From contig MU053933.1 of the NCBI GenBank assembly GCA_013239625.1, positions 124,001-188,000 on the forward strand: a stretch of 64,000 bases of DNA. The letters run 5' to 3'. The translations under genes and the position numbers were made by a program. This stretch comes from Lama guanicoe. Taxonomy: Eukaryota. Within the stretch, counting starts at the first letter, position 1. Every line of letters starts with the position of its first letter. Below the pieces are notes generated by a model. That model was not told where the DNA came from. It saw only the letters and a program-made list of their open reading frames with translations, and ran no database searches. Shown piece by piece: positions 1-11,260 of this stretch.

Positions 1-288
1 TGCTCTCATTAAACTCTGGATATTCTGGAAAATGTTACAAAGATAAGCATTGCAGTCTGAATAGTAGTATATTAGAAAGCAGAAGTAAATACTTCCAGGA
101 AGTTTATAAATCTGGAGACGTTTCTGTGGGAAGGTAAAGGGACTCCTGTCCCCACAGTGCACCTGACAGAGGGCTCAGCAGCTCCTGCAGGTGGCGTAAC
201 TTGAATGTACTTGTCCATCCTTTGTTCCTGATATTAAATTTCTTTTTCTTACTAAGGCAAATAGGACAAATTTACCTTAGAGGAGGTA

Positions 289-428
289 ACAGTTTTACTT
301 CTTCCCTTCCAATTTGGATATCTTTTATTTCTTTTTCTTGTCTGGTTGTTGTAGTTAGGACTTCCAAGTCTGTGTTAAATAGAAGTGGTGAGAGTGAGCA
401 TTCTTGTCTTATTCGTCATCTTAGAGGA
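289..428 (-). mobile_element. L1 ORF2 fragment, inverted relative to the adjacent L1
   Basis: Antisense L1 ORF2 sequence (agttttacttcttcccttccaatttggat...aatagaagtggtgagagtgagcattcttgtctt) abuts the sense L1 at about 429. Confidence 0.85.
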
Positions 429-2085
429 CAATAGAGCTGGAGAAATTATGTTTCTTGGCTTCAGACTATACCACAAAGCTACAATAATCAAAACAGTATG
501 GTACTAGCACAAAAAGACACATAGATCAATGGAACAGAATAGAGAGCCCAGAAATAAACCCACACATGTATGGACAGCTAATCTACAACAAAGGAGGCAA
601 TAACATACAATGGGGAAAAGACAGTCCCTTCAATATGCAGTGCTGGAAAAACTGGTCAGCTACATGTAAAAGAATGAAATTGGAACATTCTCTAACACCA
701 TATACAAAAATAAACTCCAAATGGATTAAAGACCTAAATGTAAGAACATAGACCATAAAACTCCTAGAAGAAAACATAGGCAGAACCCTCTTTGACATAC
801 ATCATAGCAATATTTTTTTTGGATCTGTCTCCTAAAGCAAAGGAAATAAAAACAAAAATACACAAATGGCATAAGACGAGACTCTGTAAACCTCCTAGAA
901 GAAAACATAGGTAAGACATTTTCTGATACAAATCTTAGCAAAGCTCTCCTAGGGCAGTCTACCCAGGCAATAGAAATAAACAAATGGGAGCTAATTAAAC
1001 TTAAAAGTTTTTGCACAGCAAGGCAACCATCAACAAAGCAAAAAGACAGCCTGCAGAATGGGAGAAAAAAATTGCAAATGATGTGACCAATAAGAGGTTA
1101 ATATCCAAGATGTGTAAATAGCTCATACAATTCAACATCAAAAAAACAAACAACCTGATTTTAAAATGGGCAGAAGACCTGAACAGACGTTTTTCCAAAA
1201 AAGACATACTGTTGGCCAATAGGGATGTGAAAAGACACCCAACATCCCTAATCATCAGGGAAATGCAAATGAAAACCACAGTGAGCTATTACCACACACC
1301 TCTCTGAATGCTGAATGGCTATCATCAAAAAGACCACAAACAAACATTGGCTAGGATGTGGAGAAAAGCGAACCCTGGTATACTGTTGGTGGGAATGTAA
1401 ATTGGTGAAGTTACTATTGAAAATAGTATGGTGGTTTCTCAAAAAATTAAAAAAACAGAACTACCATATGATCTAGCAATTCCACTCTGGGTATTTATCT
1501 GAAGAAGACAAAAATACTACTTCAAAAAGATGCATGTACCCCAATGTTCACAGCAGCATTATTTACAGTAACCAAAATATGGAAACAATGCAAGTATCCA
1601 TCAACAGATGAGTGGATAAAGAAGATGTGGTATATATACATTCAGTGGAATACTACTCGGCCATAATAAAGAATGAATGTTTGTCATTTGTGACATGGAT
1701 GGATCTGGGAGGATATTATGCTTAGTGAAATAAGCCAGAGAAAGACAAATACTGTATGTTTTCACTTATAAATGGAGTCTGAAAAATAAAATAAATGGAT
1801 ACATATAACAAAACAGAAACAGGCTCACAGATACAGAGAACAAAGTTGTGGTTGCCAGTGGGGAGGAGGAAGTGCGGAAAGGCAAAACAGATGGTGGGGA
1901 TTAAGAGGTACGAACTACTAGGTATAAAATAAGTACATTGTTACAAGGATATAATGTACAGCATAGGGAATATAGTCAGTATTTTATAATAATTTTGTAT
2001 GGAATGTATTTTATAAAAATATCGAATTACTATGTTGTACACCTGAAGCTAATACAATATTATGTTAACTATACCTCAATTTTTT
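429..2085 (+). mobile_element. 5'-truncated L1 (ORF2 C-terminal region and 3' UTR), degenerate
   Basis: ORF 566-751 translates as L1 ORF2 (YGQLIYNKG...WGKDSPFN...[18 protein letters not shown]). A typical 3' UTR ends at ...aactatacctcaat. Stops and frameshifts are present. Confidence 0.95.
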
Positions 2086-2739
2086 TTAATGGTTAATTTG
2101 GGTGGGGGAGGCAAGGTATGGAATTATGGGAGATTTAACTTTCTACTTCATGTAGTAAGAAAGCACAGTAACTATTTTTTTTAATAGTGCAGGCAAGTGT
2201 CCAGCATTGTTCTAGGGGCCGGTGTTACAGTCGTGAATAAGCAGAACGGGCCCCTCCCTCCAGCCCCCGGGAAGATACTCTACTGCAGTGAGCATGTGGA
2301 TACGTGATGGATGCAGGAAGTGATGTGTCTGTGATGGAAAACAGCTTGCACAGCGCAGAAGCGCGATGCGGCTGCCAGCGTTAACGGTATGAATGTTTTC
2401 AGTCAAAATCACTCCTCCTGCGTCCTTCGCACTTGCTTTTCCCAGGGAAAGTGAAGAGAGGACACTCTCCCCTGGAGGCAGGATGGGAGGTGGACCAGCT
2501 GGTCTCTGTATTCTCAGGGGACCTTCTGTCCACCCCTTCCTGGGACATGTGCTGTGGTCTGGGGTCATAGGCAAAGGGAAGGCAGGAGCAGACTCATTGT
2601 AACAGATTATTTTTAAAAAGGATTTAAAAATTGTTGCCGAAATCAAGAGGCTCTGTTGCTTCGTGAGGAATCTTTTAGAAACTCTCTGTTATTAAGACTC
2701 TAGTATGCGCCAGGTGTCTTGCTTAGAAGGACCCCAAGC

Positions 2740-2832
2740 CTTAGAGCATCAGGTAAGGAAGTTAACTACTCACTATTCGGTCACAGGAGCCAATGACTTG
2801 TGGGGGCGGGGCTTCGAACCCAGGTCTTACCT
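2740..2832 (+). mobile_element. MIR SINE remnant
   Basis: ggtcacagg...ggcggggcttcgaacccaggtct resembles the MIR core (ggtcacacagc...ggatttgaacccaggtct). Confidence 0.55.
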
Positions 2833-3935
2833 GCTGATTGGTCCACGCGGCTGACACCATCCTGCCCCTCCCCACTGGGCGGGTGACAAGGGGCTGCCCC
2901 TCCCCTGCGCCCGCTCCCCGCCCCTTCCACCCGCGGCTGGCCCACCGAGGCCGGCTGGCCCTCCGCGGGGGCCTGACCCGGGACCCCGGAAACGCCCTCT
3001 GGCCTTGCTCCCGGCTCAGCGGGCGTGGCAGCCCTCGAGGCCGGCGGGGCTGGGTCAGGCCCTCCCCTGAAGAGGCGGCACGCGCGCGGATGTCACAGCT
3101 CCTGCCACGCGTGCGGGCACAGGCAGAGCCCAGCCGCGGGGCTTGAGGGCGGCTGGAACGGGAGGAGACCGGCGTTCAGACTTCGCCCTCGTCACCCCAG
3201 GGATTCTGACGAAGCCCGCGCCCCGCGTTGTTACCTGAAGACGCTATTCGCCAGCGTTGCCGGCCCGAGCCTGGCAAAATCACACACACACGCACTCCCG
3301 GGGCTGAGACACGGTGATACGAGCCGCCCCAGCAATCTCACCCGGCCGTCAGTCGGGTGGACCAGCGGTGGTTCGGATCTGCTCCAGTCTTCTGCGATTT
3401 TAAAGTGACACGTTCTTGAAAAACAGTCAGGTTTTCAAGATGTCTGCAAGATGAGCTTGTTAATCGCAATTACTGGCGTCTCGGGGAGGATTACCGAGGT
3501 ACCGAGTAGGGCCCACCTAGCCCAGCCTGAGCCGAGACGGGGCGGAGGGGCAGCAAGGGGCCTCAGCCGGCCCTGCCAGCAAGGCGGGCACGGCCCCGGG
3601 CCCCGACCGCGTTCTCCCAGCCTCAGACTAGCGCGCAGAGGTGCGGCTGCGGGCCACAGCGCCCAAGTTCCTCCTTTCCGCCCCACGACCTCCCTGTTGC
3701 CAAAAGGATTCCGCGTAGTTTCCCTTATTAATCTTCCTCTAGAAATGGGAACGACAGCTCTCCTAGCTGGCCTCTACAACATTTCAAGTTCCTTGGAGAA
3801 AGTGAATGCGACCCCGGCCAGGCTCGTGCTGGGCCCCGGAAACCCTCAGGCCGCTTCTGCGGGAGAAGTCCTCCCGGAGGCGTAGGGAATACAGTCAGGG
3901 GCCGCCGGCCGCCGGCCGCCCGCGGAGGCAGCCAG
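2790..3935. promoter_or_regulatory. CpG island / probable promoter of an unidentified gene or lncRNA
   Basis: Very high GC and CpG density over about 1.1 kb. CCAAT at 2790, GC box GGGGCGGGGC at 2803-2812, ATTGG at 2837, and further GC boxes at about 2877 and 2916. Confidence 0.75.
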
Positions 3936-4073
3936 TTCTCTTCCTAGTCAATTCCTCCAGTTAAATTATCAACACTGCTCTCCCTGAAACGCCAGCTGTC
4001 AGCGACCTTCTGCTCTGTTGGGCTCAGACAGTGCGAAACAACGTATACAAAATCAGTTGTTTAAATCCATTTT

Positions 4074-4249
4074 TTAAAAAGTATTTTAACTGAAGTATAC
4101 TTGCTTTACAAGGCTGTTAGTTTCTGGTGTACAGCATAGTGGCTCAGTTATATGTATACATTTTCATATTCATTTTCGTCATAGGTTATTATATGATATT
4201 GAATATAGTTGTTCCCTGTGCTATACAGTAGGTCCTTGTTATTTATCGA
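4074..4249 (-). mobile_element. Young L1 3' tail fragment (artiodactyl/camelid type)
   Basis: Antisense L1 3' end flanked by the target-site duplication (TSD) TTAAATCCATTTT at 4061 and 4250. Confidence 0.9.
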
Positions 4250-4410
4250 TTAAATCCATTTTGATTCTGGTAAAAAGCCACATGCAATACCAAGGAAAAG
4301 CACCCACTGTTTCCTGGGTTTGCCAGCCAGCCCAAGATGAGTGGGTGACTTCTCAGCTTTCCCCTCAATTGGATGTGAAACTCACCCAGATTCGTTCAAT
4401 GCCTCTGCAC

Positions 4411-4620
4411 CAGGGACTGCCGAACGACAACTCAGCCTGTTGTGTAAATAAAGCTTTATTGGAATACAGCTATCCTCGCTCACTTACATGAGCTCATTAG
4501 CTGCCCCTGCTTCTGCATGGTGACAGCACGTCTGAGTATTTGCGACAGAGACTGCAGGGTCTCAAAGCCAAAACTAGTCTCCATCTGGCGCTTTACAGAA
4601 AAAGAAGTTGCCAATCCCTG
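4411..4620. mobile_element. MER58A-like hAT-Charlie MITE
   Basis: Termini CAGGG...CCCTG, internal gtaaataaagctttattggaatacagc, and 8-bp TSD ctctgcac/ctctgctc. Confidence 0.85.
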
Positions 4621-4669
4621 CTCTGCTCCAAGTCTCCATTAACTGGTTTATTTCTCTCTCTCTGTAAGA

Positions 4670-4915
4670 AACAAACTTTATTTTTTAGAACAGTTTCAGG
4701 TTTACAGAAAAAAAAATGTACAGCTATCCAGAGAGTGCCCATATGCCCCTTGCCCCCACATAGGTTCCCCTGTGAGAAACATCCTCACTAGCTTGGTGTC
4801 TTTGTGACAATTGATGAACCAATTTATTTTGCTGTTACATTGTTAGTACTGAAGAAGTCCACGATTTACATTAGGGTTTACTCTTGGTCTTGCACGTTCT
4901 ACATGTTTTGACATA
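4670..4915 (-). mobile_element. Old L1 (L1MC-like) 3' end
   Basis: ttttttagaacagtttcaggtttacagaaaaa...tacattagggtttactcttgg matches an antisense L1MC 3' end. Confidence 0.75.
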
Positions 4916-5149
4916 TTGTTTTATTCATTCTTTTTTTATTATGAAAGTGACTAAAATTAAAAGTAATTAAGTTATGAGAGCTGCCTAACGCAACAAGTTG
5001 GAACAAGACAGATGATATAAAGAAAACAGTGGAAGATTCCCCCACCTGCCTGCTCACCTGCCCGAGGGCCATACCCACATGGCTGGTGGAGTCCTCCCCA
5101 TCTGCTCCTGTGCACACAGCACTCACACGCATGGGGAGTCTGAGATTCT

Positions 5150-5450
5150 TCTGAACATAGTCCTGTGCTAGACATGATATTTCCCACTTCCCTGTGTTCC
5201 ACGGATATCGTCCTCAATTTTTTAATGGCTCCATTGAATGCATGTGCTGAGGTTTATTTATTATGTATATAATTATATAATGAATTTTCTTGTCCATCCT
5301 TCTTAAAGCAGTTTGGGGAGCATCTCTAGAATAGATTCCAGAAATGGGACTGCTCAGCCCGAGGATAGGGGTGCATTTAACTTTGAGAGAAATAGAACAA
5401 GAAGCCATCCAGAAAGCTTGCGGCATTTACACCCCTATTCTCTTGCAAGC
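5150..5450 (-). mobile_element. Old L1 fragment
   Basis: Degenerate antisense L1 3' UTR (atagattccagaaatgggactgct...ccagaaagcttgcggcatttacac). Confidence 0.55.
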
Positions 5451-6584
5451 AGGGTGGGGCTGAGAAGCTAGATGTAGATCCCAGGACAATGGGAGCAGTT
5501 GACAAAGGGTTCACAGGGTTAGGGCAACCCAGGGAGGCTTCCTGGAAGAGGTGGGTTACCAGAAGGTGAGCAGAATTCGCAGTGTCTGGAGGAGTAGAGG
5601 GGGTCATCCAAATGAGAGCCCTCCCAAGCAGAGTATGAGCCCTTTGTGGAGCCCGAGGTCACAGGTTGTTCCTTACAAATTTCATCAAGTATATGCCTTC
5701 TGGGAGGAAAAGATTTGGTAGTCGGGGCTGGAAATTGGGTATAAAGTGGACCTTCCCTGGGGTGGAGGGCAGAGGCACTGAGAAAGGGCACTGTTGTGGG
5801 CATTCACGAGACCAGGTGCAGCCTCGCCCTCCCGGGTGCATCTTGGCAGAGGGCACGGTGCTCCCTGGCCCCGTCCGGAGCAGGCAGGTCCTCACCATCC
5901 TGCTGGCCTGGGTGCCCATTGTGAGGGGAGGGAAGGTGCGGGAGAAAGCAAGGGAGAGAGAAAAAGTGAACAGGAGGGTGGGTGGGAGAGAGGGAGGAAC
6001 GAAGGGAGAGGGAAGCGTTGGCCTCTACTTAACCCCCAGGAAGACCTGGACGGAAGGTTCACATCTACTCACACTGGCTCCAAGCTGCTCACAACCCCGA
6101 GGGACATTAACTGCAGAGGGAGCACCCTGGGTGCGCGCGTGCATGGAACACATGCAGGGTGCCACCGCCGTAATGGCAGGCAGGGGTGGGGGCCCGGGGG
6201 GTTCCAGGGAGGGTGCCAAGGTCCTGGCGCCTGTGCTCCCTCCCCACCCTGAGCAATCCCTGCCCGCACTCCGTCCTCCTTTCCACCACCAGGACCTTGG
6301 CAGGAATAACCTTTCTGGTGGTGATTTCCGCCCAAGCACACCTCCCTAAGTAGCAGGCTTGCGTTCTCCTTGAGCGGGTGTTTCTTGTCCTCCAGGCGCT
6401 GGGGACGGACTCCCGCAGGGCTGCTGGGAGGGGGTCCCGCGGGGTTTCCCCACCTTGTGATCTTCCGTGGCGCTGTGCTCTTCCCGTCTGTGCACGTTCT
6501 TCTGCGTGTTTCACAGTAAAGAAAGTTCTCCAGCTTTAAAAATCTGAAAACCACTGGTTTAGTCCTTCTCAGTACACCGTATCT

Positions 6585-6865
6585 GTAATATATGCAAGAT
6601 ATAGTACCCTATATATCGTGTGTGTCTCTCTCTCTATATATACAGAGAGAAACAGAGACAGAGGCGGGGACGTACACCGATACACACACACGCACGCACA
6701 CACACATATAGCGTATAGTGCATAGCATATACAGACCATATAAAGAGAGGTGTCCCGTATATATAGGTGCATGTATATATATATAGTATATATATAAATA
6801 TAAATAGAGCTATCTCGTATATATAGATATATATATATAAACAGAGGTATCTCATATGTACACAG
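6585..6865. repeat. Degenerate (TA)n/(CA)n microsatellite complex
   Basis: Runs of tatata, cacaca and tctctc. Confidence 0.9.
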
Positions 6866-7519
6866 CTATAAATGGGACACTTCCACTTATGTGGTCTGTA
6901 CTATATACAATAACAAAAAGAAACAACAAAATGAAGAAACGCCCCCCAAAACGTGTGGACACGGCGGATCACGGCCTTCAGGTCCTGCGCTTTCCCAGCC
7001 GCCCACGTGGCTGTGCCTCCGGGCCCACGTGAGTCATCCCTCCGGCGGCCCTGGCCCCGCAGGCCCAGCCACGACCGGTGGTTGATCTTCCTGGGAAGCC
7101 GGCTCGGCCTCATTCATCTCTAAACCCCTGGAGTGACTCACGGGGTCTGCACAAGACTAGAGCCATCACGAGCTTTATGAGGCCGTCTAAGAAATGCTGA
7201 GCAATTCAGGCAGCTATGATTAAAAAGGAAAAAAAAAAAGGTTTCCGTCAGCCAGCACCCCTGAGGAAGCCAAGACGCAGGGCGCTGACAGCTGTGGTGA
7301 CGTGGTGTCAGTCAGCTCCTTCCCAGGGATTTAAACAGTTGCACAATCATTAGCAAAAATCACGACGATCACTGTTCACAACCACAGTCTGAGAGTCAAA
7401 ATTACCAACCTGATCAATAGCCACACATGAACTGCTGATGGTCTAAATCATTTCCCCTGAAACCCAGAATTTTACTCCATCTTCATAGCTCCTTCCTTCC
7501 TCCCGTAAGGTGTCAGTGT

Positions 7520-7835
7520 CCTCGGGCCGCTGTGACAGAGCGCCACACAACGGGCGCCTACAGGAACAGAAATTCCTGTCCTCTCACAATTCGGGAGCTG
7601 GAACCCTGGAATCCAGGTGTGGGCGGGATCGTTTCCTTCTGGAGGTTTCTGATGGGAAACCTGTTCCTTCCTCCTCCCACAGCTTCCAGGGCTGCCAGCA
7701 GGCTCCGGGCTCTGGGCTCCGGGCTCGACACATCGTTCCCGTCCCTGCTCCACCTTCACTCGGCAAGTGTCTCTATCCAAATTCCCTCTTCTTCCAGGGA
7801 CACCAGTCAGGGGGCTTAACACCCACCCTGATCCA
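7520..7835 (-). mobile_element. MLT1 (ERVL-MaLR) LTR
   Basis: gctgtgacagagcgccacacaacggg...aacagaaattc...ctctcacaattcgggagctgg...ttccctcttcttccagggacaccagtca. Confidence 0.8.
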
Positions 7836-7839
7836 CAAC

Positions 7840-8508
7840 CAGATGTTACGGGACTGAAGTTTATATGATATGGGGGCCCTCTTTAAGGAACAGAACACAA
7901 AATTATTAAATCAAAATTAGATGTGGTGGGAGGAGGGTACAGCTCAGTGGTAGATTGCGTGCTTATCATGCACGAGGTCCTGGGTTCAATTCCCAGTCCC
8001 TCCACTAAATAAATAAGTAAATAAGTAAATAAATAAATAGACCTAATTACCTCCCACCCCCACCAAAAAAAAGAGTAGAAGAAAATAAATTTACTTAAAA
8101 TTTTTTAAATAATCAAATAAAAAGGACCAAGTTCCTTTGATGTAAATTTTAGAATAATATATACTTGAAAGAGATATTAATAGCAGAAGTAAAAGAGAAG
8201 TCCCCTGACTTTATAAAACATCTTCTAAAATTAACATTCTGATGTACACACAAAACTAGGCATAAATGTGAATTCACGTTTAGAATGTGAACAATTGACA
8301 AGAAATTGCAAGAGCTGTGGACATTCGGATGTCTCTCTTCTGCAATCTTTTTAAGCAATTGACCAGAAGTGGCTATATAGATTGCCTTCTGGCCTCTCCT
8401 CTCAGACTACAACACTCTATAGCTCCCAGAAGCCCTGCATACCCTTAGGGGTCATTCAGATGAAGGCCCTGGGCTTAAGCTCATTCATTTCCTGGTAAAC
8501 CCCCTCTG
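7840..8508. mobile_element. MER115/Zaphod-like hAT-Tip100 non-autonomous element, interrupted by a SINE
   Basis: Left end ctgaagtttatatgatatgggggccctctttaag; right end ggccctgggcttaagctcattcatttcctggtaaaccccctctg. Confidence 0.6.
7926..8095 (+). mobile_element. vic-1-type tRNA-Ala-derived SINE
   Basis: gagggtacagctcagtggtag...gaggtcctgggttcaattcccagtccctcc, followed by a (taaa)n-cctaattacctccc tail and A-rich end. Confidence 0.9.
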
Positions 8509-9359
8509 CCTGCAAAAGGAGGTACACTTTCAGGCCCAGCGGGTGGGAGAGGAAATGAGGGCAGACAAGGGGAGCAGAGCCTTGGCAGGAAGGTGCAGGG
8601 TGCTGGCTTGGCCCGGATGTTCCCAGGTGTTGCAGTTGCTGGGGCCTAGGAGCCTGGGAGCCTGGGAGCCTGGTCTAGCTGGACAGTGGTGACCAAGTTC
8701 CTCCTTTACCTCTCAGCCTTCTCCTCCTCCCTCAGGCACCGGACACAGAACCAACAACCAGGGAGGGGGGCTTCCTCCAGCAGCAACGTGCAATTAGTGC
8801 CCCTTCCCCGGAGCTCTGAGAACTTCACCGGCAGCTCGTAAAGTCCTGCCAGAGCATGAAGGGCACGTTTGAGGTGCCCCAGTTTCACGTCCCTTGTAAG
8901 GTGGGACTGTAATCACAGCCCTCCACTGTGATCCAGACAGATGAAAGATGCTAGTGAAAGGACAGGTGTAACTGGGCCACCTGAAGCCCCTGATGACAGG
9001 GCAGAGCCAGGCCCCAGGTTAGACTCTCCTGAGGACCGCCAACCTGGCTGGAGCCATCTGGCCTGATTTGGGAGGAAGGGCAGAGCAGAGCCGAGTGGCA
9101 GGGGAGCAGGAAGGCCCTGCTGCCCCAGTTCTCAGCTTTCCGCTTTCTCCCTCGCTCACTCCTCCTTCCTGCTCTGCCGCCTGACCGAGCCCTGTGGCTC
9201 TCGAAGGCTGAGAGATGCCCAAGAGTCTGGCTGGGCTGCTTGCGTGGGGCATAGGGGGCTCCTCCCCACACACCCCATATGTAAGCCTGGCCTTTTTAAG
9301 CATGCCACAGTGGGGATGTGGGCAGGTTCCCAAACCTCTTCCTTATGTCCTAGAATCCT

Positions 9360-9632
9360 GTTCATTTGTCCATTCATCCATCTGTTCATCTAGCCATCCA
9401 TCCACTATCCATTCCTCATTCATCAACCATTATCCATCATCCACTCATCATCCATCCACTATGCATCATTCATCCATCATCTGTCCATCCATCTATCCAT
9501 CCATCCATCCATTCACCATCATCCATTATCCATTCATCATCCATCCACCATTCATCATTCATCCATCCATCCATTCATCCTTCATTCATCATCCATCATT
9601 CATTCATCATCCACCATCCATCCATCCATCTC
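9360..9632. repeat. (CCAT/TCAT)n degenerate tetranucleotide array
   Basis: Visible directly in the sequence. Confidence 0.95.
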
Positions 9633-10539
9633 ATAGAAAAGTGTTGAGCCCCTGCTGCTGTGCCTGGAGTTATGCTTGCCTCTGAAGCTACAAAGGTTTT
9701 CAAGACCAGAGTCTTGCGGCCAGGGAGCCTCTGGCTACCAAGGAAGCTGACAGCCTGTTTGGTGGGGGTCGTCTGCAGTCGTAGGGCACAAGCAGCTTCC
9801 CCAGCGCAGTACAGCTGGTGCGATTCCCCCTTCCTTCTCTGGCTTTCAGGCCCATTTCTCAGCAGCCCTGCATTCCAGGTAGGGCGTACCCCTCCACCAG
9901 GGCTGCTCCCTCCCGCTCTGAAGCCTGGGAACCTGTAGGAGGAAGACTCCCGCCCCAGGCAAGAGTGATTAGCAGCCTCGCCCCTGCCAGTCTCCACAAG
10001 ACTCCCCGGAGGCCAGAGCGGCTCAAGAATGCTCCGCATTTTTCTCATTTCAATAAAGGTACAAAGGGTACTTCTGACGTAATGAAGCCAAAAAGTCCTG
10101 CCCTTTCAGGTGCCTGCTTGGCTGGTGCTGGGAATTGCGTTTGTGGTTTGTTTTCTGTTTTCTGTTTTCCTTCGGAGGGGGGACTGGTTTATATTGACAG
10201 TTGATCTCTTTGACTCAGGCCTGAGTGATGCCAGCCACTCCGCCCACCTCCTGACCTATAGACCCCTCAGCCCTGCCTGGTGATAACCAGGAGCTCGGTT
10301 AAGCCCTGGGGCAGGGGGTGTGTGTAAGAGCAAGGGGTGGGGGGTGACGCCCGGCACAGCAGAGGGACAAGCTGAGATGCTGAGGCCTGGAGCGAGGGGG
10401 CTGGAGGCCCCAGGGGGTGGTGTTAGGTATTTAGATAAGTGGGGGCACTGGGCAGACAGGTGGAGGAGAGGGAGGATGGTCTGGAAGACGGCGCTATGCC
10501 TGCCTCCAGCATAAAGGGACTTCACCTCTAACGGCTGCC

Positions 10540-11260
10540 AGTAAGAACCCGGTTAGAACCCGACAGCCACGCCTGCACGGTAGCAGAAAGGACTTAACCG
10601 GACAGGACCCGTGTTCCCTGTATTATAATTAACACTGCGGCGTAGGCGCCCCGGGGGTCTGTCCGTGCACACCGCGGGTGAGGACGGGCGCAGGCGGCAG
10701 CGAACAGGACCAAGCACTCCAGGGACAAGAGCTGTCAACGAACCACGAGGCCACCTCTCCGTGGGGCACGAGACAGAGCGGAGACAAAAGCCGCGGCTCC
10801 GCCGCCCTGGGGCCAGCCCGGCTGTTCCCGGAGGCGTGCTTTTCCTTGTCTAAATAAGCCTTTCGCTGCACAATGCACCGTCTCCCGACTGTAAACTCAT
10901 CTTCCGGGTGAGACAAGGACTGGGGTCTTCTCCTTTCCGGGGGGCCGGGCCGGCAGGGCAGCGGTCTCCTGGGGCGCAGCGGGCGTTGCTTGCTACGGTG
11001 TTTTCTTCCGCCCAAGGACAACCCGGCCCCCCGGCCCTGAGGCTCACCCTGTCCTGGGTCTAGCCTTGACACATCGAGTCACTTAGAAGGAGTCACTCAA
11101 ACCCCGCGTCGGGACGTCCTCTGCTTGGGAACGAAGCTGGCAACGTCCGTGACCTCGCAGTGTGTCACTCGACCCGGTGACTTACTAACTCCTAGCAGCG
11201 CACGGCTGCGCGCCCCAGCCGTGTCAAGCTCAGGTCAGGCAGGCCATGCTCCTCACCTGG
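10540..11260. promoter_or_regulatory. Second CpG-rich patch (possible weak CpG island or enhancer)
   Basis: Locally high CpG density in apparently non-repeat sequence. Confidence 0.4.

Noticed and set aside
566..751. ORF with clear protein similarity (L1 ORF2 peptide)
   Set aside because: It is a fragment of a dead, truncated L1, not a host gene.
5666..6349. 227-aa + strand ORF
   Set aside because: Low-complexity G/R/P-rich translation of GC- and purine-rich DNA, with no recognisable domain and overlapping ORFs in several frames.
7930..8005. tRNA-like sequence (would read anticodon ATC), and similar copies at about 24.1, 25.3, 38.6, 50.7 and 61.0 kb
   Set aside because: They carry the SINE tail (taaa repeats, cctaattacctccc) and several have TSDs. 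They are vic-1-type SINEs, not tRNA genes.
9215..9685. His/Pro/Ser/Ile-rich ORFs (also 11792-12121)
   Set aside because: They are translations of (CCAT)n arrays.
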